DNA of 64,000 nt from Guillardia theta CCMP2712 (Eukaryota; Protista; Cryptophyta): NCBI RefSeq assembly GCF_000315625.1, contig NW_005434565.1:112374-176373 (forward strand). Direction: 5' to 3'. Within the stretch, counting starts at the first letter, position 1; each line of letters opens with the position of its first letter. Under the pieces are notes generated by a model that saw nothing but the letters and a program-made list of their open reading frames with translations, was not told where the DNA came from and made no database searches. Of this stretch, positions 1 through 14,600 are shown one piece after another. Made by a program: the position numbers and the translations under genes.

Positions 1-149
1 ACTTTTTGCGGAATTTTAATGGTTGTGAGTTAAGGGTTGGTCAAGAGGAGGCATGTCAGAAATTTTCAAGGGCCCCCAAGACCTCGGTCAGGTTTTTAGT
101 TTACCGCTCTTCGCAAACAAGACGATTGGGCAGCTCCGACAAGGCATCG

Positions 150-3046
150 TCACTGAGGCAGGGAAGCCAGCCCAGCTGTTTCAATACCTAGCGAGCTGAA
201 AGTCCAGTCTCGACCTTCTTGCTTCTCTTGCTTCAGCTGGCCACACACGTCAGCAGACTCGTCGTGCTCCTCCCGCCTTGTCAAAACCTTAGTTGACAAC
301 TCTTCTTGCGAGCTTGTCAGACTCTGCAGGCTCCCCTCATGTATTGTCTTTGCGCTTCCTCGTCTGTCAGCTCTAGAGCCCGCTTCACGCCACCCCAGCT
401 GCTCACCTTTGAAGGCTCTGGTTCTCTTTCTTCAGGTCCTCCAACTTCCCCCTGAGTTCCACCTGATGCCAGCACGTCAACAGCTGGAGAAGAGACGAGT
501 CAAGGCTACCAGGGTGCCCTTGCACGTTGTCAGCTCCGGAGGGAGAGAGAGAGAGAGGGAGATTGGAGGAAAGGGATAGAAAGGGATACCTTCACAACAG
601 TAAGTTTGAGGTCGATCCCACCAGAATGAATGCAAGTGAACAGCATCAGGCCAAGAAGGGACCCGATGAAAGAGACAACCTGAAAGCAAAATGCGATCAA
701 TGATTTACCATATCTCCCCGTCTTCCTTACATTGCTGCCGAACTCGATGCAGTCGGAGTTGTCGTCTCCCGTGAGATCGGCCGATCTCACTGTCGAGTTC
801 CTCGACGAGCCGATACAGATTCTGCACAGAGGATGACAATAAGCAAGAGGAAGGGAGGGAGGAGAGAGGGAGAGGGAGAGGGAGAGCAAGGAGGAATGGA
901 GAGGGGTTAAGAGCAAAGGTGAGGAAGAGGAAGAGGCACGGAAGAGGAAGAGGATGAGGATGAGGATGAGGAAGAGGAAGAGGAGGAGGAAAAGGATGAG
1001 AAGGAGGAGAAGGAGGAGAAAGAGGAAAAGGATGAGAAGGAGGAGAAGGAGGAGAAGGAGGAGAAGGAGGAGAAGGAGGAGGAGGAGGAGGAGGAGGAGG
1101 AGGAGGGTTCGGGCTTTGAGATGAGAGTGGATCTCACTTGTCATTCATCGACCAACTCTGAATGTGCCAGAGAAGTTTTGTTCGCTGACGATTCTCCAAC
1201 CCAACCCGAGAGTGATGATCTGATCCACATGGAATTAAGAAAAGACAGAGGAGGGAAGAAAAGAGGGAAGAGGTTGGGAGGGAGGAGAGAGGAGGAGAGA
1301 GGAGGGGAAGCAAGGCAACAGACGAGGTGTGAGAGGGGAAGGCGAGGAACTCTCGACAAAGCATAGGGCAGGAAATGAGCTGTTTTGTACCTTGATAAAG
1401 TTTTGCCTGGACTGGCTCGAAGTCTCAGAGAAGATTGATGGATAACTTGTAAGGTAATCGCTCTGGGAAAAGCAGACACAAAAGTCACAAAATCTGCTCT
1501 CCCCTCCTCCCACCCATCTTACAATCCGAGTCAGGTACGGGTCATAACGGGACCGGACTTCTCCCAGCTCTGTCCCAGCTCCAGCCTGCAACACGTGAGC
1601 TGTTTCTTAGGAAGAACACTAGGAACTCGTTCACATGCGGTCCGGAGAGCCTCCAGAAATTGGGGATTAGAGGCCCACTGTACTCGCCCAGGAGATTGTT
1701 CGCCATTAGAGTGTACATTATGATGGTACTGCATACAAGGCACGAAAGCTGGTGCAAAGAGCAAGGAGGAAGACAGAGGAACAAAACGACGTGACAGACA
1801 AAGGCAGGAAAGAAAAAAGTCAGAAAAGTAAGGATATTGAACTTGCCTCCACCCTATTCAGCCATTCCACTCCTCTCACTCGTATCTTGCTCAATCCTCT
1901 CTGTCTGGCTTCCTCAGATACAACAATTCTACTGCATTTTCCTCTTACATCTCTCATCAGTCTCCCTTCTTAATCGATGCTCTAGCTCGTCCGCTCCCTG
2001 CTCCATCTCTCCATCTTCCCCACCTCATTCCCACATTCCTCCTACCGCTCACCAGCAGAATCCCGATGACCCAGATCTTCAAAGAAAATTGAAACAGGAC
2101 GACAGACATACAATATCCGAACGTGCAGCTCACGTAGTTCCACCTAAAACCCTCCTCAGTCTCCATGTTCTTCCTCCCCCTCCCTTTGCTCACCCAATCA
2201 TTGAACCCTGGCGTTCGCCGTCGCGTACTTGATTGGCAACGAGGACTGCCATGAGAGGACGGACGGCAGCCGATCCTACATGGACGATCACGAAGCCCAT
2301 CCACTTGAGGGAGGAGAGGAGGTGATGCTGCAAGTGCTTCGAGTCGGATTGGTCATCCCCCTCAACGAAATGCTGAATTGGTAACAGCAGGGTACCAACG
2401 ATGCAGGCGAGGAGGGAGATGACTTGGAGCTGGACGTTGCTGGCTGATCGGTTGTCGACGGACAGAGCGACTATGGGGGCGGAAAAGAAGAGAGCCAGAC
2501 CCTGAGCAACCTCGACAAAACCCTCGTCCTCCAGTGAAAGCAAATCCGCTGACTTTTCAGCGTCGACGGGGACTAGAGCGTCAACGATCTTGAGCCTGAC
2601 AGCCAGCAACCCAGCCAGTCCCAGAGCGATTCCTTGGGCCAGCGATGAGATGAGGAGGAGACCCACCTATTAGCGATACTCAGCACAAGAATCAAAGATC
2701 CGGACCCTCCCTCCCACTGACTCGCATTCCTCCTGAGGACCAAACCTACTCTCTTCCTCCTGTCTGCTGGAATTCTTTCCTCCTCTCTCACTGTCTTCTC
2801 AATCCAACTCCCTTTCCTACCCTCACGGCGTGATTGCCGTCTCCTGAAGACGATAACGCATGTTCCTGCGTTCCTCTGCATAGACTCTTCCTCCCTCTCC
2901 TTCCACAGAATCCTCTCTTCTCCTCTCCTCGCGTTGCTCACCACCCACTGTCGTCCATGCTCCGGCTCTCCCAGAGGGATGAAGCTCTCGATGGGCTTGT
3001 TGTTGATCATCAGCGCCCCCGCTTCGTCCTCATCCTCCCCTAGCAT
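150..3046 (-). CDS. Multi-exon multi-pass membrane protein, probably MFS-like transporter (boundaries approximate)
   Basis: Hydrophobic exons on the - strand (GLLLISSLAQGIALGLAG; WMGFVIVHVGSAAVRPLMAVLVANQVRDGERQG, resembling the MFS 'A..AD......RG' loop; FGYCMSVVLFQFSLKIWVIGILL; SLIAFCFQVVSFIGSLLGLMLF) separated by GT-AG introns. ATG at 3046 (MLGEDEDEAG). Putative stop TGA at 150-152. Confidence 0.5.
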
Positions 3047-3553
3047 AGCGCCCCGTCCCCGCGGCCAGAACTCTGGCACAAAGACGTTTCACGCTACCAA
3101 GTTTGCCAGTTTTGGAGCTGAAGTTTGTCAAATTTTATTAAATATCAACAAATATACGTGAAATTTTGAAATTTACTGACATATTTTGGAAAAGTATGTA
3201 CAATTTTCACTAACCAATTCTGAGGGGCACGCAGCAGGCATGCAGAGTTAGACAGGGGAGCAGCGCTGAAGGAGAGGATGAGGATGAGGACGAGGACGAG
3301 GACGAGGACGAGGAGGAAGATAGAAGGACAGAGCAAGAAGCGAAGAAGAGAGCGGAGGGGACAGAAGTGTACGAGGGATCAAGACTCAGCAGAGTAGATG
3401 TCTATAGATGCGACTAGAAACGTGAAGGCGTCCTGGGTGGCCATGGGAGAGAGATTGACAAGGGTGTGCTTCTTGTGGTTTTCTGAATGTTGTTTCCTGA
3501 CAGGAGGAAGGAGGAAGAAAGAGCCCGTCGACATCAGGAGCCGGTAGTTCACC

Positions 3554-5595
3554 ATGTCTCTCGCTTTCCTTGCCAAGAAGAGCTGGCATACAGCCAATAT
3601 CAACAACCAAGAGCGAGTATGGCTCAAGGAGCAGGAGAAGGAGCGGGAGAAGAAGAAGACGGAGCTTCTTCAGAAGCAGATGAAGGAGGAAAGGGAGATG
3701 GAGGAGCTGAGGCAACTGCAAGGGGCAGGCCAGAGCACACAGAACAAGCTGACCTGGATGTACGCGCCCCCTATCAATGTGCAGGCAGACGCAGACGAAT
3801 ACCTCATGGGAAAGCCCAAGGAAGACGACAAGGAGGACGAGGATCTGAAGAAGGTTCATCCTCGCACCTCCTCTACAGGCGCACTGAGCTAGTCGATCAG
3901 GTTATGAAGAACGAGGCAGTCAGTCAAGCTTTTGTTGAGAAGCAGAAAGACGCGATTAGCGCCTACCGGGATGACATGAACAAGATTCGAGATGACCCCT
4001 TGTTGGATGAGAGCTTGCTCGGAGACTGTCTCACGCGCTGCTAGGTTCGCCATCAAGCACGCAGAGAAGAAGCAGCGGGAGCGAATGCTGGACAACCCGC
4101 TCAAAGTGGCTGAGTTCAAGAAGGCATGGAGACCTTGTTCCTGTTGGCCGTGGTGATGATGGTGTTGGTAGGAATTGGAGGCGAAAAGATTGGCAAAGGA
4201 GCAGAAGAAAGCTGCAAAGAAAGAAGCAAAGAAAATGAAGAAGGAGGGGAAACGCAAGGTTGATGCCAATAGCTTCGAGCGCAAGTCAAAGTCTCTCACT
4301 CGTTCTTTCGTAGCATGATTCCGATGATGACAAAGACGACTGGAAACGGAGGAAGATGCGAGAAGAAGCTTTCGACGACAAGTATTCCCGTCAGGACAGG
4401 AGCTCAGGACAGCACGCTCGGGAGTCAAGGCACGATGCTGGCCAGAGCAGGTTAGCCCACTACCTTCTTCTCTCCTCAGCTCAGCATCTGCTGGCAGGAG
4501 GTCGAGGTCGCGAGACAGGTACGGTGACAAGCATCGGTGAGCTGCTCCGCCTTCCTCCTCTCTTCTTCTGACGCTGCTCTCCTCCTCTCTTGTTCTGACG
4601 CTGCTCTCCTGCCCTCCCAGACGATCTCGTTCTCGCGACGCTTCTCCTCGCTCACGGTCCGTCACACTTGTGTCCTCACCCTCCTGACGTGCAGCTGCAG
4701 TCGTTCAAGATCGCGAGATCGCGCGAGAGATTCTGATCGCGATCGGTGCCTTGCCGCCAGCGCTCGCGTCTCCTTCTGACTGCCATCTCCAGCAAGCACC
4801 GGGAGAGGAGCAGGGAGAGGGAGAGGAGCAGGGAGCGTGAGGGGAGCCGGGAGCGCGAGAGGAGGTGCTTCAGACCCCGTGAGAGAAAGTTGACTTGACC
4901 TCTGACCGCATGTCGGCAGGCAGGACAACGGCGCCCCCAAGGCCCATTCCTCCTCCTCCAGCGGCCTTCTCGGGTATGGCCTGTGGAAAGGGTCGCAGTC
5001 TCGAGAGGAGAATCAGACGCCGTACGTGCCCGGTGCTGCTGTGGTGAAGAAGAAAGTACGAGCTGTCACGGGCATGCAGAGATTGACTGGATGGTGCAGG
5101 AGGAGTACTCCATGACTGGGAGGAAGGGAATCATTGACAACGGTTACGAGGTTGCGCGCAAGTATCATGAAACCCGGTAGGGCTCGAGGAAGATCATGTG
5201 GAGGAGGAGGACAATAAGGGAGGACGAGGAGAGGAGGAGGCGAGAAGATGATCGAGAAGACGGTGGAGGCTCAGAGGACTAAAGACAGCGAGGTGGGCTC
5301 GCCATGTCCCATGTCACGTGACGATGACGCGCTGCAGGCTGAATTCCAGAGCAAGATGAACAAGGAGACTTTCATGGCGTCGGCGACTACCATGGAGCAA
5401 CGTACGGCACCCTTCCTCACAATCCCTCACCCTCCTCCCTCCCTCCCTCCCTCCCTCCCTCCCTCTTCCTCCTCCTCTCCCTCCTCCTCCCCTCCTCCTC
5501 CTCTCCGCGCGTGTGGGTGACGGGGAGATGCAGGGCTTGCGCAGAGGAAGCACTACCGTCAGCGCAACATCGACGACACGACAGGAATTGTGTGA
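3554..5595 (+). CDS. CWC25: Pre-mRNA splicing factor CWC25 (multi-exon)
   Basis: N-terminal Cir_N-like MSLAFLAKKSWHTANINNQERVW, then LTWMY, spliced KIRDDPL|FAIK, an RS/RD-rich middle, and spliced C-terminus MEQ|RLAQRKHYRQRNIDDTTGIV* ending at 5595. Confidence 0.85.
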
Positions 5596-5696
5596 GAAAG
5601 AAAGCATTGATTTGACGCTTAAAACAAGATTTGAACTTGTCCTACTCAAACCATTCACTACCTCTCTCTGTCTCACTCTCTCTACATCTCCAGCTC

Positions 5697-8600
5697 TCAC
5701 GTAGCCGCAGACAGCAGCATCGCCGTCCCTCGCTTGATCCAGTGATCGGCCTCTGCTTTCCCCGACCGAAGCTCGACGGTGATGATGTAGGATGGTCGCT
5801 CTCGCGTGCCGGTGCGGACGGGGTAGTAGTAGCAGGGGCACTGGTAGATGCCCTTGCTCGCCTTCTTCTTGCTCTCCGTCGGCTTGAAGTTGATCACCGG
5901 CATGCTGATGAGCAGCTCCATGGGGTTGGGCTCCTGCAGGCAAGTTGCCTCCGCGTCCCATCCAGCTCCCTCCAGGAACGTGCCTCCTATGTAGACGCCC
6001 TCCCTGGGCGGCTCCTTGACCTCGTTCACCTGGATCACAAAGTCCCACGAGAGGACGTCGATCGAGACGCTGTTCCTCCGCGCTGAGTTCTGCAGCACGG
6101 CAGTGAGGAAGCCAGTGGGGAAGGTGAAGTAGCCGAGGTTGTAGACGACAGGATACGTTCCTGTGCCCCAGTCCGAGAACTGCTTCACTCGATCCAGCAG
6201 GTCGCGCGACCAGGTCGCGAGGGGCTTGAGGGAGGGGTACCCCTTCAGCCACTGGTTGGGGATCCTCCCGTCGAAGAGGCAGACAAACACTTCGTCAAGG
6301 TCTGACGTCATCACCACCGTCCCCTTGATCGCCTTCTTCAGCTCCGTCAGCTGCCCCCGGACGTCTCTCATCAGCAGGTTGTATCGCTCCACCTCCTGGA
6401 ACAGCACAACATGCAGAGCACTCTGGTCGTCCATCTTGGCGGCCATGAACGCGTCCAAGTCCATGTCATGTGGTAGCTGCTCGAGGAGCTCCGTAGCGAT
6501 GCCGTCAACGATCTGCTCCCTCGAGGCTCCCGAGCCATCGATGACTCGCGGCTGCAGCATCAGCAGAGCCTCGAGCATCTCGTTAGTGTCTTCGATCTGC
6601 GAAGCGATGTCCGCGTTCCTGTGCTGCCCGAAGGCCTCGGGGGCGTCGAAGTTGGGCAGCTGCGCGACGTAGTCCTTGTAGGACTGGAGGGGCCCGTCCT
6701 CGGGGATGTAGTAGGTGGGGAGGGAGGAGAGCTTGAAGTTCTCCGTGTCGAAGAGGGTCTCCGAGTACCAGCTCTCCAGGTAGGTCGTGACCAGCCTCCG
6801 GTCCCAGTTGTCTGTCACGCGACCGCCGTAGTTGGCCTCCCCGATGAGGTATCGGATCGCCTCCCAGGGGGTCTGCTCATAGTTGTCGAGGTAGAGGACC
6901 AGGAGGTCTTCGCAGATGTCAAAGTCAGAGTCGTTGAAGTCGTAGGGGATGTTCCACCCCAGGTTCTTGAACTTCCTCCTCTCCAGCAGCGACGCGTGGA
7001 AGTAGCACAGCACGAAGCACATCTTCTTGTACTTGCTCAGCTTCTTCGACCTCTCGAACTGCGGCTCTGTGAACTTGTTGAGCAGGCGCGTCAGGTTCGG
7101 TTTGATCCCCCGCGGCGGCTCTGTCGTCATCTTCAGCCCACTCTGCAGGATCGACATGGGGAACTTGGGGGTGGGGGCAGAGGAAAGCCACATGCGAAAC
7201 TCAGGGTGCAGCTGCCGGGACGGCAGCTCGGCGACTCGTTTCTCGAGCTCGCCCATGTAGCTCAGGCAGAGGTGACAGTTGGCAAGGAAGACCCAGTGGC
7301 CATCCCTCATCCCCTCGTCCAGCATCCTCCCGGCGATGGGCCCCTGCCCCTGCCCCAGCGACAGGCTGTAGAACTTGTCGCCTATCCCCTTCTGCTCCGC
7401 CTTCAACTTGAGCATCACCACCGGATCCACTCCCGGGGAGAGCACAAAGATCAAAGGGGCTGTAGGAAGAGAGTCGTTGTAGACCAGGTCCAGGTCGAAC
7501 GCTGGCGGCTCGACGAACTTGGGGCCGAGGTTGTTCGCCACGAAGCTGCTGACGGCAAAGATGACTCGGTCAGGGCGGAGGAAGCGGATCAGAACCAGTC
7601 GCTGCAGCTCTGTGCACTTGTTCTCCCACTCCCCGGGCAGCGGCGAGCTCTCCGGCTCCTGGTTGACGTACCACTTCTTCCAATCGGAAGTGTTCTGCTC
7701 CAGAGACGAAGTGATGTTGCGCAGGTTTGACAGCCGGTTGTCCATCTCACAGATCGCCTCCCATGCTGACTCAGCGATCCACTCGGGAGCTGGGTTGGGA
7801 GGGTGAGAGGACTTGTCGACCAGTCCGGGGCCGCGCAGGAAGAACTGGTACTCGTCGTTGTTGATCTTAGAGGACTTTTGCAGGATCTTGACGCACATCT
7901 GGAAGGAAAAGAGGAGCTTGTGCTTCTCGAAGAGGCTGCGGCAGATGTTCCTGTAGGCTGAGGCCGTGTGATACGTGTTGAGATGTCTGATCCTCTCTTC
8001 CAAATCCTCTGACTTTGCGCTCTTGTCGATCGACTGGTTGTAAAGATCGAAGTAGTAGTCCAGAGAGAACTGATACATGGTGTCCAGGTTCGTCAGATCC
8101 GTGATGACAAAGTAGAGGATGGAGGCTCGGGTTGCGCAGGGCCTGTAAGACTCCCTTGCCTTGTCGATCTGCTCCTTGGTACCTTCAGAGATCTGGAGCT
8201 GAGAAGAAACCTCCTCTGCCGTCAGCTTCGACGTCTGCAAGGTGTCTACCAAGCTCGCGTCGTCGAGGAGCGAACCTTTGCTGGAGGACAGCAGGGCAAG
8301 GATCTTGTTCTCGAGGTCTACAAGAGTTCGCTTGCCCTGCGCCACGTTGACTATGAGCTCTTGGTTCTTCTCCTCCAGGTCGGGGCGTTCCTTCTTCACC
8401 ACCAGCCCCAGAACCTGGTCTTCCATTCCGTCCTCCTTCACTGCGAAGTTGATCACTGTCGTCTTGGTGGAGATCTCGGGAGTGTAGTGCGGGTTCGACA
8501 GCTTCGTGGTGATGTAGAGCTTGAAGTCCGGGTTGAAGTCGACCTCCTTGTCGCCGAGCTTGAGGATCATCGAGTTTCCTTTCTTGGTCACGGCCTTGGA

Positions 8601-11600
8601 CAGCACCGGCTCCAGGGACGAGTCCAGCTCCTCGCCGATGTCCTGCAGCAGCACGGGGTTGCCGAACTGGATGGCGTTCTCCATCTGCCTCATCCAGTCC
8701 GACATGTTGAGGTCCATCACCTTGAGCCCCTGCGACTTCTCCAGGTTCTTGATCCACTTGTTCGCTTGGAACTGCGGGTCGATGCACAGGGGCCAGCGCC
8801 GGCCGAGGGTCACCAGCACGCCGTTCTCGGTGGAGAAGGAGTCGGGGGGCAGCCCTTGAATGTTCCACGTCCTCACAGTCGAGGGCTCAGCGAGGAACTC
8901 TGAGAAGGAGAAGTTGTCTGATGCAACGATCTCCAGCTTCTTCAGGTTCGGAATCCACGAGTTGTGGACCAGGTCCAGCCTGTACTCAGCTGTGAAGGGC
9001 CCGCAGTAGGACAGGTACGCGGCCGAGATCGCGCAGTCTCCGATGAGCTTGGTGATCTTTGACTCCAGGTTGGTCGCACTCTCGTCCCAGCGATCTCTCT
9101 CCCCTCCCAGCCCGCCCACCAGCCGCTGCGCTCGGTCCAGCTTGGCCTCGAGCTCGGCAGACTCGTTCATGAGCCTCTCCTTCAACCCGACGCTCTCGTC
9201 GTACTTGTTCTTGAGCGCCAGCATCTTGTCCGTCACTTCCTGCAGGTCGTCCTGGGCAGCCTTGAGCTGCGATCGTTTCTTCACCAGGCTGTCCATGGCT
9301 GCCTTGAGCTTCGCCTTCTTCGGCGCCACGTTCTTCGCTACTCGCCCGTACACCACCATCGCCCTCACCCACAGGCAGAGAGACTTGGCTGCCCCCGACT
9401 GTTTGCCGACCTGTTCGGGGTCGAACTCAGGCTTGGATGTATACTTCGACACCTTTGACAACATTGACTCGTTCAAGTTCGCGTCCTTGTCGTAGTTGAT
9501 CAGCTCCGACAGGAAACTTGGATTTCCCAGCTCTTTTTTCGCCTCTTCCCACGAGCTCTGACCCTTTCTCAGCACCATCACGGCCTCCATCACCATCTCA
9601 ACAAGTGGAGGCGGTTTGGCGTACGCCTTGATCTCTGACAGATCCTTCTTGTTGAGAGCGTTCAGAGCTTCTTCGGCTGCTGAGAGCGCCGGCAGAGCCT
9701 CGTCAAGGTCCTTCTGCGCGTCGTCTGCGATCTTCTGGGTCTCTGCCTCCTCGCGCTGGACCTTCTCGCTCTCCGCCTGAATGCTCCTCTGCTGCTCGTC
9801 GACAATCTTGCGGTCTCTGACGATCACCACCAGCATCTCCTCGCACTCCTTCTGCGCTACTGAGACTTCTTTCTTCTTCACCTCCAACTCTTGCGACATC
9901 ACTTCGACTTGCTCGCGCGAGTTGTCAAGCTTCTCGATGCCGTTGCGGAATTTGAAGATCTGGTCCTCGAGCTCCTTCTGCTTCTGTGTCAGCACGCTGA
10001 GGTAGACCTTGACGAGCTCGAGGAAGTTGGTGGGGGTGACATAGTTGTTTCTCTTCAGCTCCTGCAGCATCCGAGCTGTGCTGTCGATGACGGAGGTGTG
10101 AACGACCGCAAAGATGTTCGACACTCCCTGCGTTGCCTCCTTGAGGTTCTGGTTGGTCGACTCGTTGAGGAACTTGAGCGAGACTTCTTGCAGCGCCTCG
10201 TTGGACCAGGCGGGGAACCAGTCGATGGTGCAGCAGTTGACCAGGTTGGGGAACATGCGCACTCTGGTCCTGAAGGCCTCTCCTATGGGGCTCATGCAGA
10301 GGATGAGGTGAAGGTTCTGTCGGCACCTCTCGATGAAGAGCTGCCATAGCACCGTCGGCGTCTCCTCCATCCCCGCCGCTCTCGCCTCGTTCCTCATCAG
10401 CTCCCGATAGTTCGAGACCTCATCGGGCGCAAAGAGGCCAGGGACCTCGCCGCTCCCGAGCAAGCAGTTGATGTCCTCCAGGAAGAACTCCTCCACGATC
10501 TGACTGTCGTTGAACAGGAAGACCGTTGGCTGGTTCTTGGCGCCGGCCATCTCAAACAACTTCTTGAGATCTTCCCTGAAGTCGTTGTAACGGTACGACT
10601 TGCTGATCTCGATCATGAACACTTTGAACTCACAGATGTAGCAAGCCAACCTGCTGATGCTCTGCCGCCCGCTACCTCCCACCCCGATGAGCAGGCAGTT
10701 TCCGCGAGGAAGCTTGATCACCCTGCAGATCCTGCTGAGGTGGGCAAGGGCGTCTCGGAAGAGGACCAGGTTCATCTGGACGACTCCTGGCTCTGTATTG
10801 TATTCATCCAACTTCTCTTCCACAAACGTCTTGAACGCCGCTTCATCCATCACCTCCTCATACGGGGGAGGATCATATCCTGCTCTTAGGAAGTCTACGA
10901 ACATGGTCGGGTTGCCGTTGCCAATGTAGATCTGACTCCAAGAGGTCTGGAACAGAGTCTCAAGCTTGCCTTCCATCAGCTTCCGGAACCAAGCTCTGTC
11001 CACGTCGTCGGTCAACCTGTCGTGGAAGAGCCGGAAGCTTTCATGGATCCACAGTCGCGTCATGGCATCTCTCGAGTCGGTGAACTGCTCGTCAGCTCGG
11101 AGCACTCCCTGGAACACTCGGCTCAGGTCTCGCATGTTGAACATGTAGTGGCTCTTGGACGGCGTTGGCAGCAGCTCAGCCTTGACGGTGTTGTAGATCT
11201 CGATGGTGGCCTGAGTCATGATGTCCCCGAGCGGCTTGATCTCGTCCGCGAAGTGCTGGAGCTTCATGTTGATCAGAGTGCCGAAGATCCTCCTGACCTG
11301 CGAGTCATCCGGGAACGTGAAGTTCACGCAGTGAAATTTGCTCTGGAACCTCTGCGGCAGCCAGTTCCTCCCTCCGCCAGGGGGCCCCAGCGCGCCGAGC
11401 ACGAAGCAATCTTTGATGAACCGCTTGAGCTGCTTTGCACGGTCGTACCAGAACCCGTACTCGAGCCACATCTTCAAGAGCTCGAGGGGAGGCATGCTCC
11501 CGAAGGTGTCTTTCTGCGGCATGTTCATGTCGTCGATGAAGATGATCATCTTCTTGTTGGCAGGAGGTGCGTACGTGTCTTTGGTCCGTTTCTCCACGCT

Positions 11601-14600
11601 CGCCTCGATGGTTTCCTGCACACGGTTCGAAGACGTCTGAGCTGAGAACTGAATGTTGAGGTCAGTCATGGACTCCGGGAGCTGCGCGAGGCACTGCTGG
11701 ATGATGGTTGTCTTGCCGCAGCCGACAGGGCCAGTGATGATGACGTCACGATGCTCGCGGATGAGAACGTCTAGTAGAGACGTGTTGCGGATGGAGTCGA
11801 TGGTCGGCACGATCAGCTTGAAGAAGGGAGTATCCGCAGTCGGTCTCCATTGCTTCGCCGTCACTTTCTCTTCCCAGGGGCTCCACTGCACCTTGTGAAC
11901 GTCAACGAAGTAGTCGTAGACTGTGTTCTTGCCCGGTAGCTGGGCATCGATCTCTCTGATACAAACGTCCAACTTCCTCCTTCCGTTCTCGTCTGCTCCA
12001 GCTCCCAGAGACCAGGCTAAGCAATATATGAACCACATCTCAGTCATCTTTGCAAGCGTGTCACTTCCTGGTACGATTCCGTTCGCCTTGGTGCTCAAGG
12101 CGTCGAAGAGCTTCGTCAAGCTGATCACAGTGTTGAGAGGAGAGAGCGGAATGAGCTCAGTGACGTTGTGCTTCTTGTTCTCGAGTATCTTGTCGATGTA
12201 CTTGTCGATCAGATTCGAGATCAGCGGTACCATCTCAGCATCCTCCTCCTTGCCCTTCTTGGACTCCAACCAGCTGTCAGTGTAAGAGCGCCATCCCAGC
12301 CCTGAGAGGTCGAAGTAGATCATCCCTGCTCGACTCACTGTGGCAGGTGAGGCCACAGCAAGGTCCTCGACTTCGAACAGACACTTGACCATGGGAGGCA
12401 ACGCGATTCTTTCGCCGTTGATCAGAGTCAACAGCTTATTGTCGTCCAGAACCGTGTTCATGCTCTCTATCCACAGGGTGTCGACGGGCCCGTCCAGAAG
12501 GATCCATTTGTTGTCGGGCTTCTCGTCGGAGCAGGCTTCACGCATGCAGCTACTGAGAGTTCCATCAGTCCATTCGCGCGTCATCAGGTTGTACTCGCCG
12601 AACAGCTCTCCCAGACTGAACGCCTTGGGATTGAGCACGAAAGTCACCACCCGCTCCCACCCGCTCTTATTCTGCTTCTTCAACGAGTTGTGAGCCTTCT
12701 GCAGGGTGGACCAGGCGGTGGTTTTTCCTGTCTTGGTTCGCCCTACCAGCATGTTGCCGTGCCGGCAGGCCTTGGCCTCGTAGATCTGGATGGTCTTGAG
12801 GATGATGTTTTGATTGTGCTGCAGCTTTGACTCGGTGAGGGACTCTTTAATGCCTTGCAGCAGATCTCCGTAGTCCACCACAGGCAGCTCAACCCCTGGG
12901 AAAAGATCCCCGCAAAGAGCGTTGAAGAGGTGGATGTCCGAGCCCACCAGCTTCGGGATGGACATGTCTCTCACTGCCCGCAGAAGGATCACTTCCTCCG
13001 ACATCTCCGGATCGACTCGCTTGACAGAACCTGCGACGACGAGGACGGCTTTGATAGCTCTCATCCCGTAGTCATAGTGATCCTGCTTGCTCATCTGCTG
13101 CTGCATCAGCTGGTAGAGCGTGATCAGCTTCTTTCCCAACACTTTTCCGTTCTGAAATCCCTCAGAGCTCAGCATGATTTCAGCTATCAAAGCAAGATCC
13201 GGCACCATCATCGCTATCGGCCTCAGAAGAGCTTTCAAATTGTCGGGAAGTTCAGAACGGCCGGCATATCCCGGGTTCATGGTGACGAAGATCCCGAGGG
13301 TCTTGATCAGCTTGATATGAATTCCTTCGAAGATGAGAGAGTTTTGCATCTCCTTGACAGCCGTGAGGATCTGAAGGATCTGCTGGGCTACAACTGAGAG
13401 GACCTCTATGTCAATCCTGTTGAACTCATCGAAGCATGACCACGCTCCCTGCTGGCAAAGACCTGAGAACATGCGCCCGAGAGACTTGTAGTCGAGGCCA
13501 TCCGAGCAGTTGAAGACTAGCACGTACATGGCGATCGCCTTGCCGAGGTCCTTCACCGTCTCTGTCTTGCCGGTGCCAGCTGGGCCCAGGGGATTTCCTC
13601 CTCTCTTGAGGTGCAGAGCTGTGGTGAGGGTCATGTAGCACCTGTCAGTGAGAGGGGTGATGACAAGCCTTCCGTTGTTCCCCTGGTATTCGTAGCCGTA
13701 GACGAACTTGCTCTGATTCTGCTTCGTCAGGCAATCGTCAATCTCTTTGTCCCAATAGAATCGAAGTTGTGACATCCACTCGAAGTCGTTGAGGTACGCC
13801 GTGCCGTTTTTGATCATCTTGTCGATTACATCTCGAGCATGGACTTCGATGGTGATGATTGCGACGACCTTGTTTCGGTTGAGCTTGTTCAACTGGCCTC
13901 TCACCATCTCCGCATACTTGTTGAGCAGCACCACCTGCTTCTTCTTGGCGGTGCGGACGCCGACCTTGTTGCCTTTCTCGCTATCAAGGAGACCCTTCTC
14001 ACACTCAGACGTCCACTGCATCTGACCGGCAGTGATCAGGAGCTGACCCGGAAAGTCGTTGACCCACTTCTCTCGCTTGGTTCCTTTCATGGAGCTAAGG
14101 GTTTGATTGAGAACCTTGCGGAGGGTCTGGCGCATGACATTCTCGATCTCCAACAACCAAACTTCGACAGGTCCATCTATCGTGATGTGACTCGTGAACA
14201 GCACGCTCTCTCCGTCCGGCGAGTTCATGGCGATCGCTTCGTAATTCCTCCGACCGTCTTTGCCGGGCGGCTCAAGTTTGAGGGACTTGATGGCTTCGAA
14301 GCACTTCTTCAAGTGAGGCTGGACAGCCAGGGGGTCTCTTGCCTGCCCTAAAATCTCCAGAAGGTCGTCGTTGGAGATGAAGTAGAATCGCGGGAACGCC
14401 TGCCGTTTGGTCTCCAGGTACTGGTCCAACGACTTTTGGATCTTCTCGAGGTTCGACTCCAAGTTGTTCAGCGTCTTCAGCATTCCGTCCAGTTTGCAGG
14501 CACTCACGACGTTGTTCTCCTGTTGCAGACGTTTCATGATCTGCTTCCATGTGGTGTTGATCTGATCGAAGAGCTTCGACTCGGTCGGCAGCTGCTTCCG

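Noticed and set aside
530-1144. Poly-Leu and poly-Ser ORFs
   Set aside because: Mostly translation of an intronic (AGG/GGA)n tract; only the non-repetitive part is likely exon.
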